Assembly (NCBI GenBank): GCA_050186235.1
Contig: JBFWYQ010000001.1
Coordinates: forward strand, 422,678-486,677
Origin: Hyphomonadaceae bacterium
Lineage (GTDB): Bacteria; Pseudomonadota; Alphaproteobacteria; Caulobacterales; Aquidulcibacteraceae
Direction: 5' to 3'
DNA: 64,000 nt
Made by a program: the position numbers and the translations under genes. The notes beneath the pieces are model-generated. The model saw nothing but the letters and a program-made list of their open reading frames with translations. It was not told the DNA's origin and searched no databases. Numbering within the stretch: position 1 is the stretch's first letter; every line of letters begins with the position of its first letter. This document shows, one piece after another, positions 18,590 through 27,726 of this stretch.

Positions 18590-19167
18590 TGGACTGGCAA
18601 CACTACCTCCATTTCATGCAAGCACTTCGCGCAAACATGCTGCGCGCCGAAAGTAGCCTCGCGGAACGAGGCTATCGGTTCAACGAAATTGCGGTGACGG
18701 AGCCGACGGTTGAGCGAGCCGAGACTATTGCGCTGATCGAAAGCAGTGGGCTGCGCATGCCTGCAGCACTGAAAGCATTTTACGAAGTCTTCGGCAGCAT
18801 TGATTTTGAAGGAGCACCGCCGGCAGACTGGGAAGGATGCGACTATCCCGATCCGTTGTCGGTTGTTCCTCTCGATTTGAAGTTCTGGCGCGGCGAACTC
18901 GAACGCTGGACCGAGGAGAACGAGCCGCGCTTCACTCCTCAATTCGCCGGAGACCAAATCCACAAAGCCGGTTTCAGCGGCGGTGGATATTATTTCGACT
19001 TTGACGGCGCTGACGATCCGTTGCTGATCGCCGAGGATCTGCCAGAACGCTTCACCGCGTACTTAGCTCTCTGCAACGAATGGGCTGGGTTTCCGGGACT
19101 GCGTCATTGTCCCGAGCACACTTGGCCGATTGCCAAAATTAAGCGCGGTTTCGTCGACTTGCCCTAA
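18586..19167 (+). CDS. Hypothetical protein, SMI1/KNR4 (SUKH)-like
   Basis: E...GLRMPAALKAFYEVFG helix motif resembles the SMI1/KNR4 core; two 60-nt lines counted at 55% GC versus 67% in an lpdA line. Confidence 0.55.
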   Translation: MMDWQHYLHFMQALRANMLRAESSLAERGYRFNEIAVTEPTVERAETIALIESSGLRMPAALKAFYEVFGSIDFEGAPPADWEGCDYPDPLSVVPLDLKFWRGELERWTEENEPRFTPQFAGDQIHKAGFSGGGYYFDFDGADDPLLIAEDLPERFTAYLALCNEWAGFPGLRHCPEHTWPIAKIKRGFVDLP

Positions 19168-19292
19168 GCCCTTCGTCCTCAGCGAAGCGCTCCGCCGCCA
19201 TGCGGTGGGAGTCGCGAGCCAAGCCCAGCAGCGTTTCCCATCCTTCCTTGTTGTTCGGGAGGAGTCGTTTAAGCCCCCATTGTGGAGTGACG

Positions 19293-19673
19293 ATGATGCA
19301 GATTCAATCCTTCAACGCGCCGAGTGCCCCGCAGGGCTTTCACGCTCAAGTGTGCGCCGTGGAGGGCGCGACGCGGCTTGCGTTCGTGAGCGGCCAGGTG
19401 CCGGCGACGGCGGAGGGCGCCGTTCCCGAGAGCTTAGCCGAGCAAAGCCGGCTCATCTGGCGCAATATCGAGGCGCAGCTCGCTGAAGTGGGCATGAGCC
19501 TGGACAATGTGGTGAAGGCGACGACGTTTCTCTCAGACCGCAAGTACGCGATCGAAAACCGCGCCATCCGCAAAGAGATCATGGGCGCGCGCAAACCCGC
19601 GATCACGGTGATCATCTGCGGACTTTTCGATGAGAAATGGCTGCTGGAGATCGAGGTCGTCGCTGCGGCTTAA
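19293..19673 (+). CDS. RidA/YjgF/YER057c/UK114 family protein
   Basis: LAFVSGQV, QSRLIWRNIEAQL..VGMSLDNVVK, PAITVI, LLEIEVVAA; GGAG RBS before ATG 19293. Confidence 0.9.
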   Translation: MMQIQSFNAPSAPQGFHAQVCAVEGATRLAFVSGQVPATAEGAVPESLAEQSRLIWRNIEAQLAEVGMSLDNVVKATTFLSDRKYAIENRAIRKEIMGARKPAITVIICGLFDEKWLLEIEVVAAA

Positions 19674-19682
19674 ACTACAAGC

Positions 19683-19719
19683 CGTCATTCCGGCCGAGCG
19701 AAGCGAGAAGCCGGAACCC
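19683..19719. repeat. CGTC-tagged REP-like palindrome
   Basis: CGTCATTCCGG-ccgagcgaagcgagaag-CCGGAACCC. Confidence 0.7.
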
Positions 19720-19721
19720 AG

Positions 19722-20008
19722 CGCCAAGTGAAAGTCGGCCGCTTTCCGTTCGTCGGCAACGGCAAGGCCATCGCGCTCGGCGAAGACCAAGGCATGGTCA
19801 AAGTCGTGTTCGACACCAAGACCGGCGAACTCCTCGGCGCGCACATGATCGGCGCCGAAGTCACCGAACCGTCCAAGGCTACGCCGTGGCGATGTCCTGG
19901 GAGACCACCGAACACGAACTCATGGAAACCGTCTTCCCGCATCCCACGCTTTCAAAAATGATGCACGAAGCGGTGCTGGATGCGTACGGAAGGGTGCTGC
20001 ACGTTTGA
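19722..20008 (+). pseudogene. lpdA: Duplicated, frameshifted 3' end of lpdA
   Basis: Direct repeat of 18301-18589 (VGRFPFVGNGKAIALGEDQG...DAYGRVLHV*), with many synonymous differences and a 1-nt loss at gaactgatcc -> gaaccgtcc (about 19869-19871); no 5' part. Confidence 0.9.
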
Positions 20009-20030
20009 CTTTGGGTTGCCGGCGATATTG

Positions 20031-21599
20031 CTAAGCCGCCTTCTGCTCAGCAAACCGCTCCGCCGCCATGCGCTGCAGCACGACGTAGTCGGTTTTGCCG
20101 GAGCCCAGCACGGGGATTTCGTCGATCACGACGATGCGCTTGGGCACGGCAAGTTCGCTTGCGCCATTGGCCTTGCACCAGGCTTGCAGCTGTTCGGAAG
20201 TGGCCGCTTCATGGTCGGTAAAGAGGATAATGCGTTCGCCCTTGCGCGAATCGGGCAGCGCAACCGCCGCATGCAAATGATCCGGCCACACGGTCTGCGC
20301 ATAAGCTTCAACCGCGTTCAGCGACACCATCTCGCCGCCGACTTTGGCGAACCGCTTCACGCGGCCGAGGATGCGAATGAAGCCGTCTTCATCGACGTCA
20401 ACGACATCGCCGGTGTCGTGCCAACCTTGCGGCAACAGATCGATGCCGAAGGGCTTGGTCGGATCGAGATAGCCGCGCATCACATTTGGCCCGCGCACGT
20501 AAAGCCGCTGCCCGCCCTCGATGCCCGGCACTGGTTCGAGCCGCCACTCGATGCCGGGGATGAATTGACCGACCGTGCCGTGCTTGTTAGCGCCGGGAAT
20601 ATTCACCGAGATCACCGGCGAGGCTTCGGTCGCGCCATAGCCTTCGAGCAGTTCGACGCCGAAGCGCTGCAGGTAAAGCTCGCGCGTTTCCGGCTTCACC
20701 CGTTCGGCGCCGCAGACCATGAGTTGGATGCAGCTCAAATCGCCGTCAGCGGCGTTGCGCGCATATTGTTGCGCGAAGGTGTCGGTGGCGAAGAAGACGT
20801 TCGAGCCGGTGTCCTTGATGAGCTTTGGAATTTCCTTCACCTGCAGCGGCGAGGGAAACAGGAACGTCTTGTGGCCAGTGAACAGCGGCAACATCACGCC
20901 GCCGGTCAGCCCGAAGCAATGGAACATAGGCAGCGGGCAGAAGAACGACCAGTTCGGATCGAACGGAATATGCGCGTGCGCCTGTTCGACGTTGGCGACG
21001 ATATTCGCATGCGAAAGCACCGCGCCCTTGGGCGTGCCATAGGAGCCGGAGGTGAACAGGATGACGCCGGTGTCGTCGGGGCTGCCCTTTGCCGCGAACA
21101 TGCGCGGGAACGAACCTTTGACCAACGCGATGATCTTGTCGCCCATGTCGATCGTCTTGCGGACGTCTTCGAGATAGATGAGCGTGGCGAACTTCGAGAG
21201 TTCTCGTTCGAGGTCCTCGAGCCCCGCCTTCTTGATGAAGACGCGCGAGGTCAGAATCTTTTTCACATTCGCCGCTTCGCAGGCCGAGCGCAGATTCATC
21301 GCGCCCGCCGTGAAGTTCAGCATGGCCGGCGTGCGCCCGATCGCATGCAGCGCAAAGAACGTCACCGTGCAGCCGACGCCCGTCGGCAGCATGATGCCTG
21401 CGGTTTCGCGGCGCCTGATCAGTGTGTCGAGCTTGCCGCCCAGCGCGAAGGCTGCTCGGACGATATCATCGTAACTGAGCACGCGCCGCTCGTGATCTTC
21501 GAGAATCTTGTGCTTGCCGCCTCGTGCGTCGCGCGCCCGGAGCAGGGCTTCGAACAAGGTGACGCGCGTGCGCGCCAGCTCGAACGGACGTTGCGCCAT
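20031..21599 (-). CDS. AMP-binding acyl-[ACP]/CoA synthetase (stand-alone Aas-like adenylation domain)
   Basis: ILFTSGSYGTPKG, PLPMFHCFGL, EGYGATEASP, WHDTGD, GRVKRFAKVGGEMVSL; start MAQRPF at 21599. Confidence 0.9.
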   Translation of the reverse strand: MAQRPFELARTRVTLFEALLRARDARGGKHKILEDHERRVLSYDDIVRAAFALGGKLDTLIRRRETAGIMLPTGVGCTVTFFALHAIGRTPAMLNFTAGAMNLRSACEAANVKKILTSRVFIKKAGLEDLERELSKFATLIYLEDVRKTIDMGDKIIALVKGSFPRMFAAKGSPDDTGVILFTSGSYGTPKGAVLSHANIVANVEQAHAHIPFDPNWSFFCPLPMFHCFGLTGGVMLPLFTGHKTFLFPSPLQVKEIPKLIKDTGSNVFFATDTFAQQYARNAADGDLSCIQLMVCGAERVKPETRELYLQRFGVELLEGYGATEASPVISVNIPGANKHGTVGQFIPGIEWRLEPVPGIEGGQRLYVRGPNVMRGYLDPTKPFGIDLLPQGWHDTGDVVDVDEDGFIRILGRVKRFAKVGGEMVSLNAVEAYAQTVWPDHLHAAVALPDSRKGERIILFTDHEAATSEQLQAWCKANGASELAVPKRIVVIDEIPVLGSGKTDYVVLQRMAAERFAEQKAA

Positions 21600-21805
21600 G
21601 GACGTTTGCCTCCGAACCGTTTCTTTCCGCCTGAGCGTCCTGGAGAAAGACGCCGACCCCGTGATTATTGTTTCATGGTTGTAACAGACCCTAGCGGCGT
21701 GAATAAGGCTGGGCAAGTGACAGGCGATGTAACCCTTTGGCGGCGCAGGGGAGGTTTGCCCCTGAGGCGTTGCGGGCAGAGGCCGGGAGGGTCATGTTGA
21801 GGTCC

Positions 21806-22768
21806 GTGACGACGCTGATCGATTTGCGCCAGGGAGGCGAGCCGAGCCGCCCCCGCCATCCTGAAAAGGAGGGCCGGCCGGACAATGCTTCACCACGAAA
21901 GCCCGACTGGATACGGGTCAAAGCCCCCACAAGCCTCGGCTACCACCAGACCAAGGAACTGGTGCGCGCGCTGAAACTTCACACCGTCTGTGAAGAAGCT
22001 GGCTGCCCCAACATCGGCGAATGCTGGAGCGTCAAGCACGCCACTTTCATGATCCTCGGGGGCATCTGCACGCGCGCCTGTTCGTTCTGCAACGTGGCGA
22101 CAGGCAGACCGCTGCCGCTGGATCCGAACGAACCGGAGAACGTCGCCTTCGCTACCGCGCAGATGGGGCTGCGCCACGTCGTTGTGACCTCAGTTGACCG
22201 CGACGATCTCGATGACGGCGGCGCCGATCATTTCGTGCAGACCATCGCCGCGATCCGGCGCGCCGCGCCTGAGACGACCGTCGAAATTCTGACGCCGGAC
22301 TTCCTCCGCAAACCGGGCGCGGCCGAGCGCGTGATCGACGCCAAGCCAGACGTGTTCAACCACAATCTCGAAACCGTGCCGCGCCTCTATCACTCGATCC
22401 GCCCGGGCGCGCGCTATTACCAGTCGCTACGACTGCTCGACTCGGTGAAACAGCGTGATCCGCAGCAGTTCACGAAGTCGGGGCTCATGGTGGGGCTGGG
22501 TGAAGCCAAGGACGAAGTGCTCCAAGTGATGGACGATCTTCGCATCGCCGGCGTCGATTTTCTCACCATCGGCCAATACCTGCAGCCGACCAAGAAGCAC
22601 GCGGCAATCGACCGGTTCTGGACACCGGATGAGTTCAAAGCGCTCGAAACCATAGCTTACGCCAAAGGCTTCCTGATGGTCTCCGCCTCGCCATTGACGC
22701 GCTCGTCGCATCACGCCGGCGAAGATTTCGCACGCTTGAAGGCTGCGCGCTCGGCGCAGGGGGCGTGA
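21806..22768 (+). CDS. lipA: Lipoyl synthase
   Basis: [14 protein letters not shown] and CTRACSFC motifs, PLTRSSHHA; GTG 21806 preferred (ATG 21794 is an alternative). Confidence 0.97.
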   Translation: MTTLIDLRQGGEPSRPRHPEKEGRPDNASPRKPDWIRVKAPTSLGYHQTKELVRALKLHTVCEEAGCPNIGECWSVKHATFMILGGICTRACSFCNVATGRPLPLDPNEPENVAFATAQMGLRHVVVTSVDRDDLDDGGADHFVQTIAAIRRAAPETTVEILTPDFLRKPGAAERVIDAKPDVFNHNLETVPRLYHSIRPGARYYQSLRLLDSVKQRDPQQFTKSGLMVGLGEAKDEVLQVMDDLRIAGVDFLTIGQYLQPTKKHAAIDRFWTPDEFKALETIAYAKGFLMVSASPLTRSSHHAGEDFARLKAARSAQGA

Positions 22769-22795
22769 CGACCGCGCCGATGTTCGATTCCTGAC

Positions 22796-23248
22796 ATGGC
22801 GCGCACGATCATCGAAGCCCAACGTGTTCTGCCCTACGCGCCGGAAGATCTGTGCCGGCTCGTCGGCGACGTCCGCGTCTATCCGCACTTCGTGCCGTTC
22901 CTGCAGCACATGCGTGTGACGACAGAAGAACCATTGCCGGCTGGTGGCTGGAAAGGGATCGCGGAAGCCGACGTCGGCTGGCAGGCCATCAAGGTGCGTT
23001 TCTCGACAGCGGTGCGCTGCGAGCCGGAGAAAGGGGAAGTGGAGGTCGGCCTCGTCAAAGGGCCGCTGCATTCGTTGGCCAACCGCTGGTGGTTCAAAGC
23101 GCACGAGAACGGCGCGCATGTGCGCTATTGGATCGCTTACGAGTTCAAGAACCCCGTGCTGCAGGCGGCGATTTCGGTCAACAAGGACAAGCTCTCATCG
23201 CGCATCATGGCCGCGTTCGAACGCGAAGCGAAGCGCCGGTTGGGCTAG
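22796..23248 (+). CDS. ratA: RatA/Coq10 (START/SRPBCC) family protein
   Basis: LVGDV..YP.FVP, LVKGPL.SL.NRW.F, YEFKNP.L, AFEREA; usual position after lipA. Confidence 0.9.
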   Translation: MARTIIEAQRVLPYAPEDLCRLVGDVRVYPHFVPFLQHMRVTTEEPLPAGGWKGIAEADVGWQAIKVRFSTAVRCEPEKGEVEVGLVKGPLHSLANRWWFKAHENGAHVRYWIAYEFKNPVLQAAISVNKDKLSSRIMAAFEREAKRRLG

Positions 23249-23733
23249 ATCAACTGCTTCATCAGGTCGAGCGCTGCAGCAACGGTTTCAGCCTGGATTT
23301 CGTGGCGGCCGATGTCGCCGAAGCGCTTCTCTTCATGCAGCCTCTTGCCGCCACGGCGCGCTGCCGCGATGTGGACAAGTCCCACGGGCTTCTCCGCCGT
23401 TCCGCCGTCCGGCCCGGCGATTCCGGTCACCGCAACGGCGATGTCCGCTGGGCTATGCGCTAGCGCGCCTTCCACCATCGCCAAGGCCACCGGCTTGCTG
23501 ACCGCTCCATGCTGCTTCAGCAGATCGGCGGGCACGCCGAGCAGCTCCATCTTCGCCTCGTTCGAATAAGTGATGAAGCCGCGTTCGAGCGCGGCGGAAG
23601 CGCCGGGCACCGCGGCGAGTGATGCGGCGATCAATCCGCCTGTGCAACTCTCGGCCGTGGCGATCTTCAGGCCCTCGGACTTCGCAGCATCGAGCAGCCC
23701 GCTCGCGCTCTCATTACTCTTGTTCGCAACCAT
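23245..23733 (-). CDS. cinA: CinA C-terminal domain protein / NMN deamidase PncC
   Basis: IATAESCTGGLIAA, GFITYSNEAK, HGAVS..VA.AM, TGIAGPDGG..EKPVGLV. Confidence 0.93.
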   Translation of the reverse strand: MVANKSNESASGLLDAAKSEGLKIATAESCTGGLIAASLAAVPGASAALERGFITYSNEAKMELLGVPADLLKQHGAVSKPVALAMVEGALAHSPADIAVAVTGIAGPDGGTAEKPVGLVHIAAARRGGKRLHEEKRFGDIGRHEIQAETVAAALDLMKQLI

Positions 23734-23817
23734 ATGCCGATACTGCCGGGCGTGCGGCGAATGTCCATTCCATAACGCGCTCCGTGATGGCAGAAGCGCG
23801 CCGAAGCGGGAGGAAAC

Positions 23818-26508
23818 ATGCAAGCGATAGCGCGGAAGGCAGCGGCGCCGGTGTTTGCGCTGGCGCTGTTTTCGAGCGCTGCGCTGATCTTTGTGCTGCA
23901 GCCTCTGTTTGCGCGCATGGTGACGCCGCTTCTGGGCGGGTCGCCTCAGGTCTGGAACACGTCGATGGCCTTCTTCCAGGCCGCTTTGCTTGCAGGCTAT
24001 CTCTACGCGCACCTGCTCGCACGCGTGAAGGATTTACGCATCCAGGCCGCCGTGCATGGCGGCGTGTTGCTGGCGGCGTGGTTCGTGCTGCCGATTCATG
24101 TGACGGCTGCGCTCGGTGAACCCAGTTCCGAGCATCCGGTCTGGTGGCTGATCGGCGTGCTTGCGCTCTCGGTCGGCGCGCCGTTCGCTGCCGCGTCTGC
24201 GACCGCGCCATTGCTGCAAGCCTGGTACGCGCGCACGGGCCGGAGCGACGCGAGCGACCCGTACTATCTCTACGCCGCCAGCAATCTCGGCAGCTTCGGC
24301 GGCCTCTTGGCCTATCCAGTAGTGATTGAACCATTGCTCGGCGCGCAGGCGCAGAGTCTCGCTTGGTCGATGGGCTACGTCAGTGTCGGCGCGCTCATCG
24401 CGCTGGCGGCGGCTATGGCGATTGCGGCGCATGGCGAGACGCCGAAGCCGCTCGAACACATTGGCCTCGCGCCGAGCTGGCGTGAGCGCGGCTACTGGAT
24501 CGCGGCGGCGGCGGTGCCGTCTGCGCTTTCGCTCGGCGTAACGCTGCATATTTCGACCGACGTGGCGTCAGCGCCAATGCTCTGGGTAGTGCCGCTGGCG
24601 CTCTATTTGCTGACCTTCGTGCTCGCCTTCGCGCGCGGTAGCGAAAAGATGGAAGCCGGAACGCTCTTCATCCACCCGATCGCGCTCGCGCTGATGCTCA
24701 TGTCCTATTACGCGTCGGGCAATTGGGTAGGCTCGGTGTCCGGCATTCTGGCCGGCTTCTTCTTCAGCGCGCTGATCTGCCATTTGGCCCTCGCGCGCTC
24801 GCGCCCCAGCGCAGACCGGCTCACCGAGTTCTATCTGTTCGTCTCGCTCGGCGGGGTTCTCGGCGGCGCATTTGCGGCGCTGTTTGCACCGCTCGTTTTC
24901 AACAACGTCTACGAATATCCGCTGGCGCTTGCGGCGGCGTGCCTCTTCCGCCCGCGCGAAGACAGCGACATGCCGCGCCTTGTCGACGCTTCGCTCGCAG
25001 CGGCAGTGATGGCAGGCCTGCTGGCGGTGCTGTTGTTACGCTGGGCGGCGCTCGATGCGACGATCATCCTCGGCGCAATTGGCGCGGCGGCAGCGATGAT
25101 GGCGGCCGGCTGGAGCGACGAAAGCCGGCCCGCGGCCTATCGTTATGCCTTCCTCGCGGTCGCCGCGGCGCACGCCGTTCTCGTCATCTACATCGCGTTC
25201 AATCTGCCGAGCGTGTTCGTCGAAGCGACCGTAGGCGAGGAAACGCGCACGGTTGCGCGCCAGCCGTGGGGCTCAATCCTGATGGGGACGAGCTTCTTCG
25301 TGCTCGCTTTCGCCGTCCACGGCACCATCCTGCCGCGCAAGGACAACAAGCGAATCGCCGATCTCGGGCTCGGCGCCGCACTTACTTCGGTTGTGCTGCT
25401 GCTTATCCTGCTGGTGCGTGCGGGCGGGGTCGATGCTAACCTGCTCACGGTGACGGGCATCCTGTTCTGTGGCGTCGCGGTGTTCTTCAATCGCGGGCGG
25501 CCCTGGGCGCTCGCAGCCATTGTCCTCATTGCGTTCGTCATCATCTTCATCGACGAGAACCGCGGCTCGCGGATCCTCACTCAAGAGCGCAGCTTTTTCG
25601 GCGTGCTGCGGACGCGCGAGTTCGCCGATCGCGCCAATCCCAATACGCCGCCGTTGCGCATCCTCATGCACGGTACGACCATCCACGGCGCCCAGATCGC
25701 CCATCCCGATTTCGAACGAGAAGCGCTGACTTATTACAATCCCCGCACTGCGCTGGGCGAAGCGATCCTCGCCGGCTTGAGCACCGGAGCGGCCTCGCAT
25801 CTGGCGCTGATCGGTCTCGGCACCGGTTCAACCGCATGCCTGATGCGGCCCGATGACGAACTCACCATTTTCGAGATTGATCCTGCGGTGGTGCGTTTGT
25901 CGGCGGCGCCCGGCGGCGATTTCACCTACGTGCCGCTGTGCCAGCCCCAAGCGCGGATCGAACTGGGAGACGCGCGGCTCCAGATTGCGGAAGAACCGGA
26001 CGGCGAGTTCGATGTCATCGTCGTCGATGCGTTCTCGTCGGACGCGATTCCAGCGCACCTGCTGACGCGCGAGGCGATCCAGCTCTACCTGTCGAAGCTC
26101 AGCGACCGCGGCATCGTCATTCTGCACTTGTCGAACCGAAATTTGGCGCTGGTGTCGGAAGCGGCGCGCGTGGCGCGCGATCTCAACGTCCCGTATCTCT
26201 ATCGGATCAGCGACAAGTTCGAGCAGCCGCTGGTCTCGTACTATGGCGGGCTGGCGGCGAGCGTGATGATCATCGCCAAGTCGCCTGAAGTCATGGGCGC
26301 GCTCGCGCTCAATCCGGACTGGCGCCAGATCGAAGCGCCGCCCGGGCGGCCCTGGACCGACGATTACATCAATGTCCCGCGCGCGTTGTGGGATGGACTC
26401 ACCGGCGCCGAGACCTGCCGCATCTACACTTATCTCGAAGAGTGCCAGCCAGAAGCGGCGAACGCGCCGACCGACGAACCTAACGCGGCAGCTCAACCGA
26501 CGCCGTAG
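23818..26508 (+). CDS. Fused multi-TM membrane domain / spermidine synthase-like SAM-binding domain protein
   Basis: LIFVLQPLFARMVTPLLGGSPQVWNTSMAFFQ, DPYYLYAASNLGS, SFFGVLR, HGTTIHGAQ, LIGLGTGS, VDAFSSDAIPAHLLT. Confidence 0.9.
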   Translation: MQAIARKAAAPVFALALFSSAALIFVLQPLFARMVTPLLGGSPQVWNTSMAFFQAALLAGYLYAHLLARVKDLRIQAAVHGGVLLAAWFVLPIHVTAALGEPSSEHPVWWLIGVLALSVGAPFAAASATAPLLQAWYARTGRSDASDPYYLYAASNLGSFGGLLAYPVVIEPLLGAQAQSLAWSMGYVSVGALIALAAAMAIAAHGETPKPLEHIGLAPSWRERGYWIAAAAVPSALSLGVTLHISTDVASAPMLWVVPLALYLLTFVLAFARGSEKMEAGTLFIHPIALALMLMSYYASGNWVGSVSGILAGFFFSALICHLALARSRPSADRLTEFYLFVSLGGVLGGAFAALFAPLVFNNVYEYPLALAAACLFRPREDSDMPRLVDASLAAAVMAGLLAVLLLRWAALDATIILGAIGAAAAMMAAGWSDESRPAAYRYAFLAVAAAHAVLVIYIAFNLPSVFVEATVGEETRTVARQPWGSILMGTSFFVLAFAVHGTILPRKDNKRIADLGLGAALTSVVLLLILLVRAGGVDANLLTVTGILFCGVAVFFNRGRPWALAAIVLIAFVIIFIDENRGSRILTQERSFFGVLRTREFADRANPNTPPLRILMHGTTIHGAQIAHPDFEREALTYYNPRTALGEAILAGLSTGAASHLALIGLGTGSTACLMRPDDELTIFEIDPAVVRLSAAPGGDFTYVPLCQPQARIELGDARLQIAEEPDGEFDVIVVDAFSSDAIPAHLLTREAIQLYLSKLSDRGIVILHLSNRNLALVSEAARVARDLNVPYLYRISDKFEQPLVSYYGGLAASVMIIAKSPEVMGALALNPDWRQIEAPPGRPWTDDYINVPRALWDGLTGAETCRIYTYLEECQPEAANAPTDEPNAAAQPTP

Positions 26509-27628
26509 CCTGAGCCGCCAAGCCTTCTTCGCGGCCGAGGAACCCCATGCGCTCCGTCGTCGTGGCCTTTACGCTGACGCGCTGGATCGGCAGCCCCAGC
26601 ACCTCCGCTGTCCGCGCTCGCATGGTTTCACGATGAGGGCCGATTTTCGGGCGCTCACAGAGAAGCGTGATATCAGCATGTACGATCTGGCCTCCAGCTG
26701 ATCTTGCGAGTTCGACTGCGTGGCGGAGGAACATTTTAGAATTCGCGCCCTTCCACTTTGGATCGCTGGGCGGGAAATGGGCGCCGATATCGCCTTCTCC
26801 GATGGCGCCTAGGATCGCGTCGACCAGGGCATGCCACCCCGCATCTGCGTCCGAATGTCCGACAAGACCTTTCGTGTGCGGAATGCGCACCCCGCAGAGC
26901 GTGACGAAATCACCGTCGCCGAAGCGATGCGCATCGACGCCATGACCGACGCACGTGACGCTTCGGCTCCGCATCAGCCGCTCGGCCATGTCCATATCCT
27001 CAGCATAAGTGATCTTCCTAAGCCTTGGGTCGCCCGGAATGAGCACGGCATCGATGCCGTAAGCCCGCACGACGGCAAGATCGTCAGCCATGACGGCGTC
27101 GACGGACAGCGCGGCGTAGGCGGCGCGAATGACGTCGGCGCGAAACGCTTGCGGCGTCTGCACGCGCTGCACGTTCGCGCGATCGACGTCGGCAAGGATT
27201 CGGCCGCTTCCATCGGTGCGGGCCAGCGCATCCGGAATCGCGATCGCCGGCGCTGCCGCCGGGAGGCCTTCAGCCAGTCTCGCTTTGAGCGCCCGCACTA
27301 CGCTCTGGCTCAGACCTGGCCGCGCCGCATCGTGGACGAGGATCGCGTCGGCCGGACCGACCGCCGCGAGGCCGGCGCGAACCGATGCCGTTCGGGTTGG
27401 ACCGCCATGAACGATAGAGACGGCGGGCTCGTAGCCGCCGAGTGCGCTGCGGCAGAGGTCTTCGTGCTCGGGCGCGCATACGACCACGATCTGCTCGACT
27501 TCGCCGGATAGGCCGGCGACCGACCATCGGATCACCGGAACACCCATCAACGGCCTGTATTGCTTGGGCAATTCTCCGCCGGCGCGTTCACCCCGGCCTC
27601 CCGCCACGATGATGGCGGCGGTCCTCAT
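26480..27628 (-). CDS. ispDF: Bifunctional MEP cytidylyltransferase / MECDP synthase
   Basis: VAGGRGERAG..PKQY, ILVHDAARP, QTPQAF; GVDAHRF, GHSDAD...HALVDA, VSVKATTTE. Confidence 0.96.
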   Translation of the reverse strand: MRTAAIIVAGGRGERAGGELPKQYRPLMGVPVIRWSVAGLSGEVEQIVVVCAPEHEDLCRSALGGYEPAVSIVHGGPTRTASVRAGLAAVGPADAILVHDAARPGLSQSVVRALKARLAEGLPAAAPAIAIPDALARTDGSGRILADVDRANVQRVQTPQAFRADVIRAAYAALSVDAVMADDLAVVRAYGIDAVLIPGDPRLRKITYAEDMDMAERLMRSRSVTCVGHGVDAHRFGDGDFVTLCGVRIPHTKGLVGHSDADAGWHALVDAILGAIGEGDIGAHFPPSDPKWKGANSKMFLRHAVELARSAGGQIVHADITLLCERPKIGPHRETMRARTAEVLGLPIQRVSVKATTTERMGFLGREEGLAAQATASVELPR

Positions 27629-27677
27629 GCTGGGAGAATTCCGTCAGCCGAATGTTGCATCGCAGCATAAAACCCTT

Positions 27678-27698
27678 GGCGCCTGCTTTTTAGGCGCC
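27678..27698. promoter_or_regulatory. Palindromic operator upstream of dusB-ntrBC (candidate NtrC autoregulatory site)
   Basis: GGCGCCT-gcttttt-AGGCGCC perfect inverted repeat; contains CGCC-N9-GGC. Confidence 0.55.
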
Positions 27699-27726
27699 TT
27701 AAGCTCCCCACGAAACGGGGTGATGA

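Noticed and set aside
22796-23248. RatA as a toxin-antitoxin module
   Set aside because: No antitoxin gene is present. This is the conserved lipA-linked Coq10-like gene.
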